Shown here in pieces: positions 26,001 to 39,631 of a stretch of 64,000 nt of DNA. The stretch lies in the NCBI RefSeq assembly GCF_000315625.1, contig NW_005434672.1:62001-126000 (forward strand). The letters run 5' to 3'. Origin of the DNA: Guillardia theta CCMP2712. Lineage: Eukaryota > Protista > Cryptophyta. Every line of letters starts with the position of its first letter. Position 1 is the stretch's first letter. Below the pieces are notes generated by a model that worked only from the letters and a program-made list of their open reading frames with translations, ran no database searches and was not told the DNA's origin. Both the position numbers and the translations under genes were made by a program.

Positions 26001-26782
26001 AGCAGCTTGAAGGAGCTCGAGAGCGCACAGCGGATCAGAATCTCCACAAACTCTGGGAAGGAGAAGTCGTTGGAGAGCTCGCGAGCAGCCGATTCCTTGG
26101 AGGTGATCTCATGGCTGGCATTGCGGAAGATGGCGTAGAGGTCGTCCTGTCTCAGCGCTGCTCCCTGGTCCTTGGGGATGACATCACGAAAGAACTTGGT
26201 TGCATCCAACTTGGTCAGCTTGGCCTGCACGTTAGCAAGGACTTCTTTCCAGCTCTTCACTTTGATCAGCCTCTTGTAGATCAGCCTCATCTTGTACTCG
26301 TTCGATAGGCAAAAGAGCTGAATCAACTCTGACAGGATGAACTTATTCAGCATCGCATCCTCGTCGGACCTGGGCACTGCCTGCAGTCGCTCCGACACGG
26401 CCCTCTGCAATCCTTCGAAGAGGTAGTACTCGTTCTCCTGCGACTCCTTGGTGTCCTCCACCTTGAACTTGCGCGAGGACTCCTTGACAACGAGGCTCTG
26501 CCTTGCCACCTTCTTCATGCACATGGTAAAGTCGTTGAGGGTCAGGACTCGCTCCCCCGCCTCCTGGTTCCTCTCCTCATCGTTGGAGTGCTCAAAGAAC
26601 ACAGTCACTGCCTGCCCGAATGTCCACGAGTTGTCCAGCAGGACGGCATCTCGGAGAAACTTCAAGAATCTGCGCAGAGGGATACCTGCGTCCTCCTTGT
26701 ATCGCTCGTACAAGACTTCGAGCGACACGCCATGTTTTGATGGCAGGTAGGACCCTCCACCCAAGTCTGGACTCTCCGACAT
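23091..26782 (-). CDS. Large protein with EF-hand/p25-alpha-like helical repeats, C-terminal TPRs and a Lys-rich tail (multi-exon; true start probably upstream, near 27430)
   Basis: 815-aa ORF with repeated motifs (FSFPEFVEILIRCA, LNFMEWQVFFVRLA). Downstream exons are TPR-like (DTALLYNNIGACHDMLD, EALESFLKAKDVF..HPRTSTVMRNL) and end KKGKKGGKKKKK*. Confidence 0.7.
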
Positions 26783-27101
26783 TCAACTGATGGCTGATGA
26801 GGAAGTAGGAATCAACACGCCATCTACAGGAGACGTCAGTGGTCGGGCATGTAACCCAGAATATAAATGCCTCCATTTCATTAGAATCGACTCGAGCAGC
26901 AACTGATCCTCTATTATTTCTCTATTGGTCTCCTCTATGAACATGAAACAGATCTTCTCGTCCTATCACAGCACCTCCATCCGTGTGTCAGTCTATCCAT
27001 CCGCCCATCCATCCATCCCGAATCATCATTATTTTTTCATCTTATCGTCTTTAGCATCCTAGGTGTCATCAACTTGTCCAGCAAAATTAGTTTTCATCTC
27101 A

Positions 27102-27103
<2 letters not shown>

Positions 27104-27163
<60 letters not shown>
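27104..27163. repeat. Compound (CAT)n(CAG)n microsatellite
   Basis: Seen directly. Confidence 0.95.
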
Positions 27164-27166
<3 letters not shown>

Positions 27167-27479
27167 GTCATTTCCTTCTTATTCTTCGCTGTCCTTCTCC
27201 CTCTCGTTCTCCTTGATAAAGATCATCGTAATCATTCTAAGTACCAACGCTGTGTGAACACTACCTGCATCAACATGATTGACTCCTCCATGCTCATCTT
27301 CGTCAACAGCCTCGTCATGCTCTGAAGTATCCTCCTTGTTATCATCCTCATCTTCATCATCTTCTTCATCATCATCATAATCGCTTCTCTGCTCTGCTAA
27401 TCATTTCCTCCTTCATTTCGACCGCCCATGGGCGTCATTCAACGGACGAAAAAGTGATTAGCTAAATGTTTTTACACTC

Positions 27480-28210
27480 CTGTGAGGCCGAGGGGTTAGG
27501 CCGCCCGGCGGCCCACTGCAGCCGGGCGGCCGGGGCCCGGGCCGGCCACTGTCAGCCCGGCCGTCCGTACTACGCTCCGGCGGCTCGCGACAGTGACCGG
27601 ACCGTCGGACTTCAACTTAGGGCTCCGTCATCCGGGGTCCTGGCGCTCGGAAGCGGCCTCCTCGACTCTCCTGATTCCGGGCGGCCCTCGTATTGATTTT
27701 AACTTCATTTTGAGTAAAGTCAGTGACTCGGGCTGCGGCACTGGCACGCCCCCGGACAGTTCACTGCGCAGTAAAGAGTCAAGCGGCCGCAGGCTGCTTC
27801 TGAGGCGTCAACGGTTGAAGACCCGACCGTACCTCCGTCACTGACCGTTTACAGCCCGCGGCCCCAAGTTTCAAGTCAAGACGGTACCGCCGGCCCCGCG
27901 GCCGGGCGGGCAAGCCGCTGAGCGGCTTCTACTCACTCAGGGCAGCCTGAGTCGCCGACTGCGATCGGACTCAACCGCCCGGCAGGTCGGAGACCGTACC
28001 ACGGTACGGTCGGCACCGTCGTGCGGCCGGGCACTGCGGCACTCAGCGGCGGCGGCGCCAGGGGGCCACTGGCACCGTCACAGCCGCCCGGCCGGCCCGG
28101 GCCGCACGCCCTGGGAGTCACAGCGGCGGGGGGCCGGCCCGCCGGTCCGGCCGGCGGTGACCGTCGTCCGAGACTGTGATCCGAAGGCATCCGAGTGCCA
28201 TCATGGAATT
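27480..28210. promoter_or_regulatory. GC-rich short-word island between divergent genes
   Basis: Same vocabulary as the other islands; contains TTTGAGTAAAG at 27709-27719. Confidence 0.45.
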
Positions 28211-28385
28211 CAAAACCGAAACAACTGGCACGCCTTGTCAAAATTGAAGAAGGGGTTGGGGTCCATACCCCTACCCTCAAGAAAGAATAAATTTACATTT
28301 GACATAAGGGGTACTGTAACAACAAAGTAGGGGTACAGTAACAAAGGGACTTTGGAGGTTGGAGCTACGACGAAACTGAAGCGAG

Positions 28386-30251
28386 ATGAGGGAAGGGAAC
28401 TCGAAGGGAAGGCAGAGCGTTGTCAAGGATCAGCTTGTTGAGGAGCTTGAAGAAGAAGTTGTAAGATGCCATGATATCCTTAGGTTCCTTGTGCAAGATG
28501 CTGAAGATTTCTGCTGGAGTCTAGAAGGACTGAAGCATCAAGGGAAGAGAATCAACTTTGGTTCATACCAACATGGTTCACACAAGGAGAGCAGCCTAGT
28601 AGACACTGAAACTCGATCTGGCCAGTCCTTCTGCATCGTCTGCGGTGATGGCATTGTAGGAGAACTGGAAAAAGTAGCTGAGCAACTTGATCTTTATACA
28701 TCAGAGCTTTCGCAAAGGCTGATCGGACAACAATGGGAACTAGAAAGCAGTCGAAAGGTGCTTAACTTCCTCTTGTGCAACTTGGACCAGCTGACAGCTG
28801 CATTGACAGAAGCAGGAAGAATACATACAGACCATTAACGCCTTACAGTTCATTGCAAGCCTCGAGATGGGAGAAACAGAGCGTTATCAAACTCAAACTT
28901 TACCTGGTGTCAAGGACGAGGACAAGGGGCGAATCTCCAAGTCAGACAGCCGCCCGCAAGCTGTTAGCATGCCAAATCGTGAAACTCTTGAAGCAAAGAG
29001 GCGGAAAGCATGCGAGACGACGGCAAGGATGGAGTTGGCGAGTCAATGTGAGAAGGAGGGCTTACGACAGGAGGTTGCCAGGCTGGAACGAGAAATCCAG
29101 CAGCATCAGTCGCAGTTGGCTCGAGTGGAAGCCGACCTGAGAAAAACACGACGAGAAGCGAAGAGCCGAGAAAGCGAGATGGGGCAGGAGGTCGAGAAGT
29201 TGAAGCAGGCTCTGACAAGACAGCAAGACGAGAGTCGAATCTCGAGCTTGGAGCTCAAGAACCGATTGAGGGCCGCGAAAGAAGAGTGTAACACCATGTT
29301 CAAGGTGCGTGCACACCTGATCCATGCTCAGTCTCTTCCTCATGTGCTTGTAGAATGGTCAACTTCTTGGCTCGATCCTCCAGGACAAGATCAACAAGTT
29401 GGAGGAGGAGGCGGAGAAAGCCAGAAAACAGATCGAAGACCTCTCGGAGCAGTGTAAGGACAAGGACAGAGAGCTGCAGACGTCGCGGAGAGCATGGGAA
29501 GAACGCTTCCTCTGCGAGCAATCCAGAGCTAACGCCGCCTTGGAGGGAGCCAAGGTAGCGATTTCATCTGTTGCCCAGTCGCCGACTTTCTTTCAGGTCT
29601 ACGCCCAGGAACTGCATGACGAGGTGAAGTATACGTTTCCTGCTGCTGCTGCTGCTCACCTTCCTTCTCCTCCTCCTCCGCCCACCACCTCCTCCCCAAT
29701 CCCTACATGAATGGGTTTCATTGGGTCAGTTTGCCCGCCTCGAGGGCGCGGAGGCCAGGAGGATGAAAGCAGCGCAAGCCAGACTCTCGCAGAAGCTCAA
29801 CGAGGTCCGTGCGCTCCCTGCTGCTCTTAGCGCTGAGTTGAAGTCAGGCGGAGGAGACGATCAAGAGGCTGCAGGAGGAGGAGCAGAGCAGGCGACGAGA
29901 GTGCGAAGACTTGAGGAAGGAGACTCAGCAGCACCAGAGCTCCATCGCCTGCCTCAACGACACTATCGAGAGGATGCAGGTTTTCCTCGTCCTCTCCCCA
30001 CCTGCAGTGGGGGCTCATTTTGTAGACCCTCCTCCTCCTCCTCCTCCTTTTGAAACACCATCACCGCTTTCGATTCCTCCCTCTCCCCGGCCTACTCAAA
30101 GCTCCCAACCTTTCACTGCTTCTTCCCTATCTCACTCATCTACCTTACATGTCACGACTGATTCTCTGAACAGAATACGCTGGTGCTGCGCAACCGGCAA
30201 GCATCAGAGGAGCTCTTGGAGTGTGTGGAGGGAGGGAGAGGAGACGGCTGA
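28386..30251 (+). CDS. Hypothetical coiled-coil protein (multi-exon)
   Basis: Heptad E/K/R/Q/L-rich exons joined by GT-AG introns; last exon NTLVLRNRQASEELLECVEGGRGDG*. Confidence 0.6.
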
Positions 30252-30267
30252 AGTGTAGCAAGTACAA

Positions 30268-33200
30268 TCATCCAACAATGGATCGCAGGATGTGTGTGAG
30301 GATACGAAAGTCGTTGTCGTGGGTGATGGGATGCTCCTCCGGCGCTCTCTCCATCGCTGCCACCATGTCACCAACTGCCTGCACTGCCACGTCATCACCT
30401 GCGAACTTCAGCTGCAAGTCCCGCAGGATGCTGACCACGTGATGTCCAATTTTGGGGTCCTGCACGACTTTGAGCTGGGGGCGAGCTGGAGAGAGCAGAA
30501 GACCTTAGTGTCGAGGGACGCGCAGGCATCTCTGAGCCATGCGACCTTGAGCGCGGCGTCGGTCTTCATGTCAAACCCCAGCTGACGAGATGTCAAGCTC
30601 CTCAACCCCCCTCCTCCTCTCGACCTGCTGGACCAGCGACAAGACGACTGGACCACTCAGAGCACGAGGACGCTTTGCAAAGACCTTGCGGGTCAAGTCA
30701 CCCCGACCATCCTCCTCCTCCCTCGTTCCCTCCACTCACATGGCGAGGATCCAAGCTCTGGCAGAGCCACGTGACAAGTTTCAGATCCGACATGGAGAGA
30801 ACCTGCCAGCACATCAGCCCTGCACTCTTCCTCCTCTTTCCCGTCATCACCTTGGAGAATGCTTCCTCGTACTGCTCCTGGCGCAGCATCTCTGTCAGAG
30901 AGGCGGCGAGCTGTGCGGCTGACTGCTGTTCTTGCTGCTGCTGCTGCTGCTGCTGTCGGGGTTGAGCCTGGAGAGATCCAAGCGAAGCAGAAGCAGCCTT
31001 CGCTTCAAGCTCAGAGAGCTTGATGGACAGACGGTCGATGGCAGACTCAAGCTGCTGCATCTGATTCGCCGCCGCCACCTGCTTCCTCTCTGCCTCCATC
31101 CTCTCAGCAGTGCCTCGTTCGAAGGTGTTGTTGATCTGCTCGAACATCCGCTGGCAAGAAGTCTCAAACCCGGGGATGATGCTGCTCTGAAACGAGGCTC
31201 GGAAGCTCTCTTGGATCGCTGGCTTCAGCGCTGCGACGGTTTTGTCAGCCGTTACCTTCATGGCCTTGTCCAACATCGGCTGTAGCGCCTGGGCGAAGAT
31301 AGCCTTCATGGAGTCCAAGTGCTGTGGCGAGCGCGATTGCACGTCTAGAGCCGCAGGCAGCTGCGTCTTCAACGAGCTTCCCAGCTCCCGCTGGAAGTTC
31401 TTGGTGAGAGTTTCCGTCAGATTCTTGGAGAGCTTCTCCTCCAACTGACTCGCCAGCTTTTGGGTTGCTGTTTCGATCGCTTTCTTCATCTCATCCCTCT
31501 CCTTCGCCTTCCTCTCCTTGTTCTCCTTCTCAATCTTGGCCAGGAACGAGTCCATCGAAGTTTTCAACATCCCCTCCAGTCTTCTGCTCAGCTTCGCCTC
31601 CAGATCCGCACTTGACAAGGCGGAGCCGTCAGCCCCCATCGGCCTCTCGTCTGCTCTGTCTTCCATGAGAGCGGGGTAATGCTGCTGTGGCTCACCCTTC
31701 GCCTGCGCCTGGGAGACATCAAGGATTCCTGCGCCCTTGCTTCGATTCGCATCAGCTGTAAACGCTTCTGGCTTCAGGAAGGCGGGAGGGTCCTGGCCGA
31801 CCTTGTCCGCACCATCGCCCGCGGACTCTGCCGTGACAGGAGAAGAAGCCATAGGGTAGGGGATGACGGGGACATTCTGGGGAGGGCGCGCCTCTTTCTT
31901 GGAGGCTTCAAAGGGCTCGCCTGGGAGGATACTCGCGGAGCTCCTGTGGGCGGGCAGCATGCAGCACTGGTCGGGTCGGAAGTGATACTGTTGAATCGCC
32001 TTGGTCTGCATGCAGTATAAGTGCATCTCCCGCTCCTGAGGGTCTGAGTTGGCGTCCAGGGAAGCGTCTCTCCGCAGCGTGCAGCTGAGGATGGGGTAAA
32101 TGACCTCGAACTCACACATGCAGCCAAAGGAGGGCTCGGAGGCTTCAGTGTTGATGTGGATGGTGAAGACAGACCAGCTGTCCTGAGACTTGCTTCCTCC
32201 TGCTGATGTGACAGTGTTGGCAACAACCATGAAGTCGTGCAAGGGATCCACGTCCACCGTCGCCTTGAAAAGTTCCGGGGAAGGAACACGGAAGGTGAGG
32301 GTGTGGTAGCAGATAGTCCCGTGCTGGTCCCACAGCTTGATGCTTCTGTTTCCATCATTGCCGGTGATGAGATACGATCGACCAACATCCTTCGAACAGA
32401 CAGCCATGACGCACTGAACAGATCCTCCATCAAACGGAGAGAAGCTTGTCAATTGGTTCCCGCTGAGATCCGATACAACTACTTTCCCGTCTGATCCTGC
32501 CGATGCAAACTGATCCTTCTCGGCATCCCCTTGCGCACAGACCCAGGTCAAACCGTTCACAGTGACCGTGTGCTCTGCCAGCAAGTCGATAACAGGCGAC
32601 GAGCCTGGGCTGATCCCTCGGATGAGCTGAACTTTGGATGTATTCCCAGCTCCACCAGTCAACAAGACGGGGAGGGAAGGATGCCAGAGGACCCTCTTGA
32701 AGAGTTCGGAGCCACTGTCGTTCCTGTACACCTCAGTCGCACGAACTTCATCGGAGTCATCCATGAAGATCTCCCACACGAACAAGTGCCCTGCTTCGCA
32801 CACAGACGCTAGAAGGCTCCTGTCGTTCTCGCCATGTATTGCGATGTCGGCGAGCTCAGAGGTAGTGTGCCCCTTCTGCAGCAGGCGCTTTCCCGTGCTT
32901 TGATGGATGACGCGAATGCTACCTCCTCGCACTCCGTAGCAGATGTACTTCGAGTTCACAGCGATCAGTCGCCCCGTGCGATACCCAGGCTCTGTGTTGT
33001 AGATAGTGATAGCGGTTGCCTTGGTTTGCTTGCGGAGACTGGGGTCTCTTGTGAGGACGTCATGGAAGGCTTCACCCTTGCACAAGGAGATGAGCTTGTC
33101 ATCGCATGCAGCAGTATCACACGCTTCCTGCTTCGCTTGACTGGGCACAACCTGAGCGACTTTCGCGTCCTCAGCACTCGGGGCCTCACTCGAGCTCATC

Positions 33201-33517
33201 CCACCCTGCAGCATGGCAAGGATAGCAGCACCGCCGGACTCTGGAGCACTGCTCGCAGCAGGAGTGGAGGTCGGGGGAGGGGGAGGAGTGCTTGATCCCG
33301 AGAGGAAGGAAAACGGATTGAGAAGCCCGGACTGTGACGACCATCAGCACAGGCAAGTTCAAGATTCTCATCTTACTGGCAGCTTGTCTTCTCCATCTGG
33401 AAGCTGCGGAGCCGTCTGTGGCTCGGGCTGACCTCCTCCTGAAGTGACGTTGGTTTGATCCGACGTCCCAGTCGTATTCGACAGAAGGCCAGGAAAGAAT
33501 CTTGATAGATCCGCCAT
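30268..33517 (-). CDS. EDC4: Enhancer of mRNA decapping 4 (Ge-1/VARICOSE), multi-exon
   Basis: N-terminal WD40 (ITIYNT..GRLIAVNSKYICYGVRGGSIRVIH...HLYCMQTKAIQQY), central coiled coil (FQSSIIPGFETSCQRMFEQINNTFERG), C-terminal domain (YEEAFSK|VLSMSDLKLVTWLC...VVLSLVQQ). First exon MADLSRFFPG at 33517. Confidence 0.92.
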
Positions 33518-34326
33518 GCTGCGTACAAGATCCGGTTCAGTGAACGATGATCCAGCATGATAGCAAGGAATGAAGCAGGAAAACGTATTTTACGCTAGAG
33601 ATTGGATGAAAATGTAACAAAATGGAGTGTGGCAAAGTCGAGTATGGTCGACATGAGCGAAAAATGTGGATAAGACGCAAGATTCTTAGTGTTAGTTTCC
33701 TAAGCATCACATGCATCGCTCTTGCCAAATACAACAAGATTCAAGGAACAATCTATGACTCATATAAAATTGTGTGTTAGAATCTTCATTTGATGCACAT
33801 CATTCAAGTGTAATCCTCGTCAGATTGACAGGTGGATTTTTCAGAGGAGAACACATTTCCACTCTTTTCTTCTGTCTGCGTGTTCTTACACGTCAAACCT
33901 GCATATCTCTAGTGCATGAAGATGTATCTGAGTCGATCTCATCCATCTCTGTCAACGTCGTCGCATGTTCTCCCTCCTCCCCTCCCCTCCCCTCCTCTGC
34001 TCATCGCGCCATGACGGCGAAGGGCTCGTGACATACGTTATGAACCGGTACATTTCCGTTGCATTATCCGTTTCAACAGGTCACTGAGTCGCCGCCGGGT
34101 CCTGCGGCACACGGTGACCGTACTGTACCGGCCGCCCGGGCCGGCGGCCCGGGTGACAGTACTGGCCGGGTGGCTAGTACCCGGTGCCGTGACCGACGGT
34201 ACCGTTCGGGACTCCGAATCGACACTGAGAGGCCCGGGCTGCAGCCGCCGGGTTGGGTCCTCATTCAAGATGCGGCAAATGTTCAATCAATGTACAAAGA
34301 GAAGAGTGAGAGGCTAGTAGTAGAGG

Positions 34327-36823
34327 CTATCTGCGCGCGTACTGTACCTCTTCCGCATGCTCACCATGCAAGGGGTCGCCCTTGTGCCTGCAGTGCAGAG
34401 TTTCCATCAGGTCACCAATTCAACCCTCTCCTCCTCCTCCTCCTCCTCCTCCTCCTCCTCCTCCTCCTCCTCCTCCTCGGGTCCTCCTACCTCATGGATG
34501 ACAGCCAGGACTCGGCTCGTCTGATGCAGTTGAGGAGGATGGCACCGAACACGATGAAGCCGGTCGCCGCTCCCTGCGAGGAGCCGAACGTCAGCAGGTC
34601 CTCGGGCGCATGGAAGTCGCACAAAGTCGTCAGCGAAGTTCTTGACGGTGTACTGCTTGCGGAAAGTTTGTGCTCGGACCAGAGGATCGAACTGTATGTG
34701 ATACCTCACAATCACCTGCTAGATCGTGATTCCCAAGGAAGGAGGAGGAGGAGGAGGAGGAGGAGGAGGAGGAGGAGGAGGAGGAGGAGGAGGAGGAGGA
34801 GGAGGAGGAGGAGGAGGAGGAGGAAGAGGAGGAGAGGGATAGAGGAACCTGGTTCTGCTTATTGGGGTCAGCGATGGGGGTAACCGACGCGGCTGTCGAC
34901 ACGACTTGTCGCTCCCAGCGCCTGATTGTCTCCTGCTCCCACACGTTGGAGTCGTAGACGGGCTTGACCTGGACCAGTGCCTCGAGCAGATACTCCATGC
35001 CAGGTTGCAGCACTATGACCTGGATGAAATCAATCAGGAAGCTAACTGAAGCAGAGGACAGACAGAGGGGGAAGGAGGAGAAGGGAGGACAACGAGAGTT
35101 GTACCTGCTCCTTGCTCCTTCCTCCTATGGAGGAAAGTTCCCAGTCGATCTGCAGGGGTTTGAACTCTTCCATGACAAGCTTGATATCTCGTTCACTCGA
35201 GGGCCATAACGATGCTGCTCTGCCCTGCGTTGCATTGCGAGCCTTCATGATGTCGTTGACGGCGTTGGAGGAGTCGACACTTAGGATGAGGTTGCTCTTG
35301 AGGACAGGGTGGTTGGCGGGGAGGAGGGAGGAGAGCTTCGAGTACTCGTCGTATCCAGCACCCTGGCCCTGGAAATTGAGAGCTCCGTTGAAAAGGAAGA
35401 AACTGTTGGTGTCGTTGTAGTCTCCTGTAGATCCATGTGAACCCAAAGCTCCTCCTCTCTCACTTCTACTCTTCTCTCCTGACCCCTGACATCTTAACAT
35501 CTCCCCTCTCCCCCCTCTCCTCCATCTCCCTCGTGTCTCCTACTCCCTCCCTCCATCGCTTCCCTCTCCTCCATCACCTTGATTCATGCTCTCAGCAAAG
35601 CTCTTGTCGGCATTGATAGTCTCTCGGGAGTACTGGAGGTGGTAGACAACAGACACGTCGATGTCGTACTCGATCGTGTTGATTGAGTTCTGATACCGCT
35701 GGAATACTTCTTGGGAGATCTGCGAATGATGAGCAACGGACAGAGTTCGGGGGAGGGAGAGGCAAGAAACGGAGACAGGTGCTAACGTGGCAGTACAGGC
35801 AGCAAACGAGGAAGTGGAGGAAGGGGGGAGAAGCTCCTACCTCCCACTTGTTGTTCACAGGATAGGAGTAGCTGAAGTCAGTCTGAAAGGTTGGAGGCAT
35901 GGCCTTGGTGCATGTCTGGCAGTCACGTCATATCCTCTCCTCGCAGCATGACAGCTACCTGATCTGCCGCAGCAGCTCCAAGGTCGACGCAGGCAGGTGA
36001 AACGATCTTTGTGTCACTGCAGTAGACTAGTTTGAGGTCCCTGCCGTACACAGTGGAAGCATCAGTAACGGTCAAGTCCTCCTCCCCGTCCTCCTCCTCT
36101 TTCCTCCAGCCCCCTTCCACTTTTTCTCCCCTTCCTCCTCTCCCTCCCCTCCTCCCTTATCATCGTGCCGACCTTTCTGGCCGGACGGTCCACGCATTCC
36201 AACTTGAGTCGACAGGCGAGGACAGAGTCGAGTTAAGGATGGGCTTGTTCGGGCAAAGATAGTTGAGCTCGACCGTCTGATTTCCGCTACCTCCTGCTCC
36301 TCCTCCCATCTGTGCTGGCTCCGGGTTGGGGACGGTGAAGAGCGCCACTTCAAGGTCGAGCTGGGACGGGGAGGCGAAGGGCTCGGAGGGATGCGCCTGG
36401 TACCTGTCGGCAGGAAGGAACGACTCTGAGCTGCGATCCAGCTGAACCCCATAGACCGACTTGACACAGGGATGGTGAGAGGGGACGCAAGCATGCTTCC
36501 TCCCGTCGAAGGTCGTCTCGACGGTAGCAGGAAAGGAGACGGTCATCTCGACCTCGCTGTCAAGGAAGAGCTGGTTCCCTTGGGTGGCGTTGACAAGCCG
36601 TACCTCCGCTGACCCTCCTCGAGTTCGGAGGATGACGATGGGTCGGAGGTGAGCAGGGAAGAGGAAGTAGTCGGACTGACTGATAGTGCAGGAGGAAGAG
36701 CCGTTCAGTTGAGAAGAAGAAGAGTTGGTTGCACAAGAAGGACCGGCGCCGAAAGAGCTTTGTGCCTGACATACACGGTAAGATTGCAACGAACCAACAA
36801 TTGAAGCAAGTGGCGAGTGGAGA

Positions 36824-36864
<41 letters not shown>

Positions 36865-39559
36865 TTGCAAGAGCGGGAGCAGGAGCAGGAGCAGAAGTAG
36901 GTACAAGGGACATCTGGAGCTGAAGAGAGGAGAACGGCGGTACCTGAGTGAGGACCTGGGAGGGGAAGAGGGGCGCCAGCAGGACGAGCTGACTCTTTAC
37001 CCCATCTTGACATGCTCCTGCTGCTTGCAGAAGTCTGCGCGATGTCGAGTTGGACGAGCTGTTGGTGGCATTTCCCAGCAGATCGCCTCCTCCTGCACCT
37101 CCCAAGTTGACTGGAGGACAGGGAGCGAAGCCCGACACAACTGACGTGCGACCGAGCTCGAAGGAAGCTGGACGAGAAAGAAGCAATGACAGAAGCTCTC
37201 CTTCGCTCCTCTCTACAGCGGAAGAGCATCTGCCACCCACAATCGCGCCGCAGGTCGGAGCAAAGTACGAGGAGGAGGAAGAGGAAGGAGGCCTTGCTGC
37301 GAGGCCTGAGAGGGAGGAGGCTATCGGCTCTAGTACCTGCACTGTGTTCCCTCCGAACCGAACCCAAAAGTTCTTGTCCACCCCTCTACGGTAGCTCACC
37401 TGGCCTCCAGCTGGACTCCAGCTAATGACTACCACGTCCAGCCCCGGGGAGCCATACTGCACGGCACTGAGGAGAAGAGACTGGACGGGCTGGAAGCGAT
37501 TCTGGGGAAGGAAGGGAACGCCGCTTGTCGGGCCGAGGAGGAAAAGTTGCAGGTCATCTGTTGGAGGCTGAGAGAGGAGGAGGGAGCCCTGGTAGACAGG
37601 AGTTTCGCCCAGCAGCATGTTGACTTGCACATTCTTCGCGCCTGCCTGCTCGACCAAGGGGAAAGCCATGCCAGCCCGGGCGAATCGGGCAAAGATAGGC
37701 GTGCTCCTCCTCCTCGTCTCGCTCATCATGCACGTGCTCCACAAGGAGCTGTAGACAGAGCAGTTGGGCTCAGAGGTGTTGGACGCTCCCTCTAGCGAGC
37801 TGACTAGATCGTCTCCGACCTTGAGCAACCTCGGATTGAGGTAGTCGTGGCTCATTGCCGCCGTGCGCGTGAAGCACTTGTAGAGGCCGTCGCTGTCCAG
37901 GGAAGGGTAGCCCGAGTACACGTCATCCCCCGGACACGGGACGCACGAAGATCGGTTAGTCTCTTTCTTGAACTCTGCTGAGGTCCCCACGTAGCCGACG
38001 AGGTCGACGCTTCCTGGCCGCACGATGGTCTGGCAGCCGTTGGAGATGAAGACAACCTGGTCCTCTGTCGGGGGGGCCTGCGAGCAGTGGCCAGACGGGG
38101 AGCAGAAGGGCCCAGTGTCGACCTTGGAGTAGAGGATGGGGCACCATGCGACAGGAAGGCTCTTGGAGGGAAGGCAGTCGGGATCCGGCGCCCCACACTC
38201 GCAGTCGCAGACCTTGGAGTCGTTGTACCAGTCGAGCGGGCACTGCCACTGCTCGATGCCGCCTGAGCTCGAGGCAGTGAAGTCCAGGGGCTTCTCTCTC
38301 TGGACAGTCAGCGACAAGCTTGAAGAAGACTGCGAGATGTCGACGACTGTCACAGTCTCGAAAAGAACGTCCATGGAGAGCACAATCTGGAACGGAGGGA
38401 TCGGCCAGGACAAGGAGGTACCGGGAGGCAGACTGACTTGCAACACGGTGTCGTTGCTCGTCGGGATGGTGTTGATCTTTGCGTAAGTGAGGTTCAACAT
38501 GCCACCGCTGAGGCACTGCCATGTCTGACGCACTTCAAGGAAGTTGTTCAGGTAGGTCAACTGTACCCGCCAGTCCATGAACTGCTTCTCGAGCACGTAC
38601 TTGGCTCCGTTCCATGTCTTCTTCACTGCGTCAAGACTGGACTTGGAAAAGTTTGACGCAAGTGTCAAGAGCGTCATTTGCTGATTCTTCCAGCTATACA
38701 CAGTGTTTCCGTTGATGTTGGTCATGAAGTTTGTTGGAAGCCAGGTGGAGGGCGACGATGAGAGGCTGCCGAAGACATCTTCGGACAGGTTTCCCCTATA
38801 GAGCAGAGCACCACTCTCCAGCAGAGACGTATACTGCCCCTCGTTCGCGAGCGAAACCTGCAGCTGACACATCTTAAGATCGTGCAGCTGCCAACGGGGG
38901 ATCCGGACGTAGAGGTAGACCTGATGGTCGAAGAAAGTCGTCTGCTGCGACTGCATCTCCTCCAGCACCTTCACTATCTCTTGTCCTGCATGCAGCTCCT
39001 TCACCCCAAGTGAAGTCGCCAGGGTGAACGACCCTCCGCCCTTGCCTACCGCAGGGGGTACGTCCTGGTTTGCTGTTCCCAGAGGCAGCGCGACCTTCTT
39101 GTAGAGTCCAGAGGCAACAGGAGTGTCGCTGTAGCTGGATGTGAGGCCTCGATGGTTGCCATTGTTGTCGATGATCTCGATCTTGTACATCTTCCTGACA
39201 TCCTTGTTATAAAACTCGATCTGGTTGCTCGATTCCAACATCAAAGTTGGCAGATCCCACATCCCGTCTGCCACCATCGCATACCCATTGGATGAGTCGA
39301 TGAACAAGGAGTTGAACGTCGCATACTGTGCGCTCATGGACACAATGTTAGCAATAGCATCCTGGTCACCAGCCACCACGGAGGTATGCAGCTTGACGCA
39401 GTTGTACACAACCAAGGTGATCGCCGCTCCCAGCACGAGGATGGAGATGAGAGCGCCGGGCTGGCTCTTAGGGTAGCGGGAGGCATCGAACTTGGCGGAC
39501 CCTCCGAACACGTCCAGGCTCCTCACGCCGTCCCGCACCGCCCCGAGCAACTTCCACAT
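34327..39559 (-). CDS. Very large membrane protein with N- and C-terminal TM helices and a Cys-rich ectodomain module (multi-exon)
   Basis: N-terminus RSLDVFGG..KSQPGALISILVLGAAITLVVY; many N-x-S/T sequons; motif WQCPLDWYNDSKVCDCECGAPDPDC; C-terminus KQYTVKNFADDF|AAIGFIVFGAILLN. Stop at 34487 or 34327. Confidence 0.7.
34738..34830. repeat. (GAG)n microsatellite, intronic; also (CCT)n at 34427-34478
   Basis: Seen directly. Confidence 0.95.
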
Positions 39560-39631
39560 GCATAGAGGGCGTCCCCGACGGATATAGAGACCCCAAATGT
39601 ATGAACGATAGATTTTTCGTATGAGCAATAC

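Noticed and set aside
27466-28280. Pro/Arg/Gly-rich ORFs in GC islands (also 1531-1929, 39468-40182, 50766-51001)
   Set aside because: Stop-poor GC-rich sequence; overlapping in several frames with no protein-like composition.
34059-34883. 274-aa ORF with poly-Leu and poly-Arg
   Set aside because: Runs through a GC island, microsatellites and the antisense of another gene.
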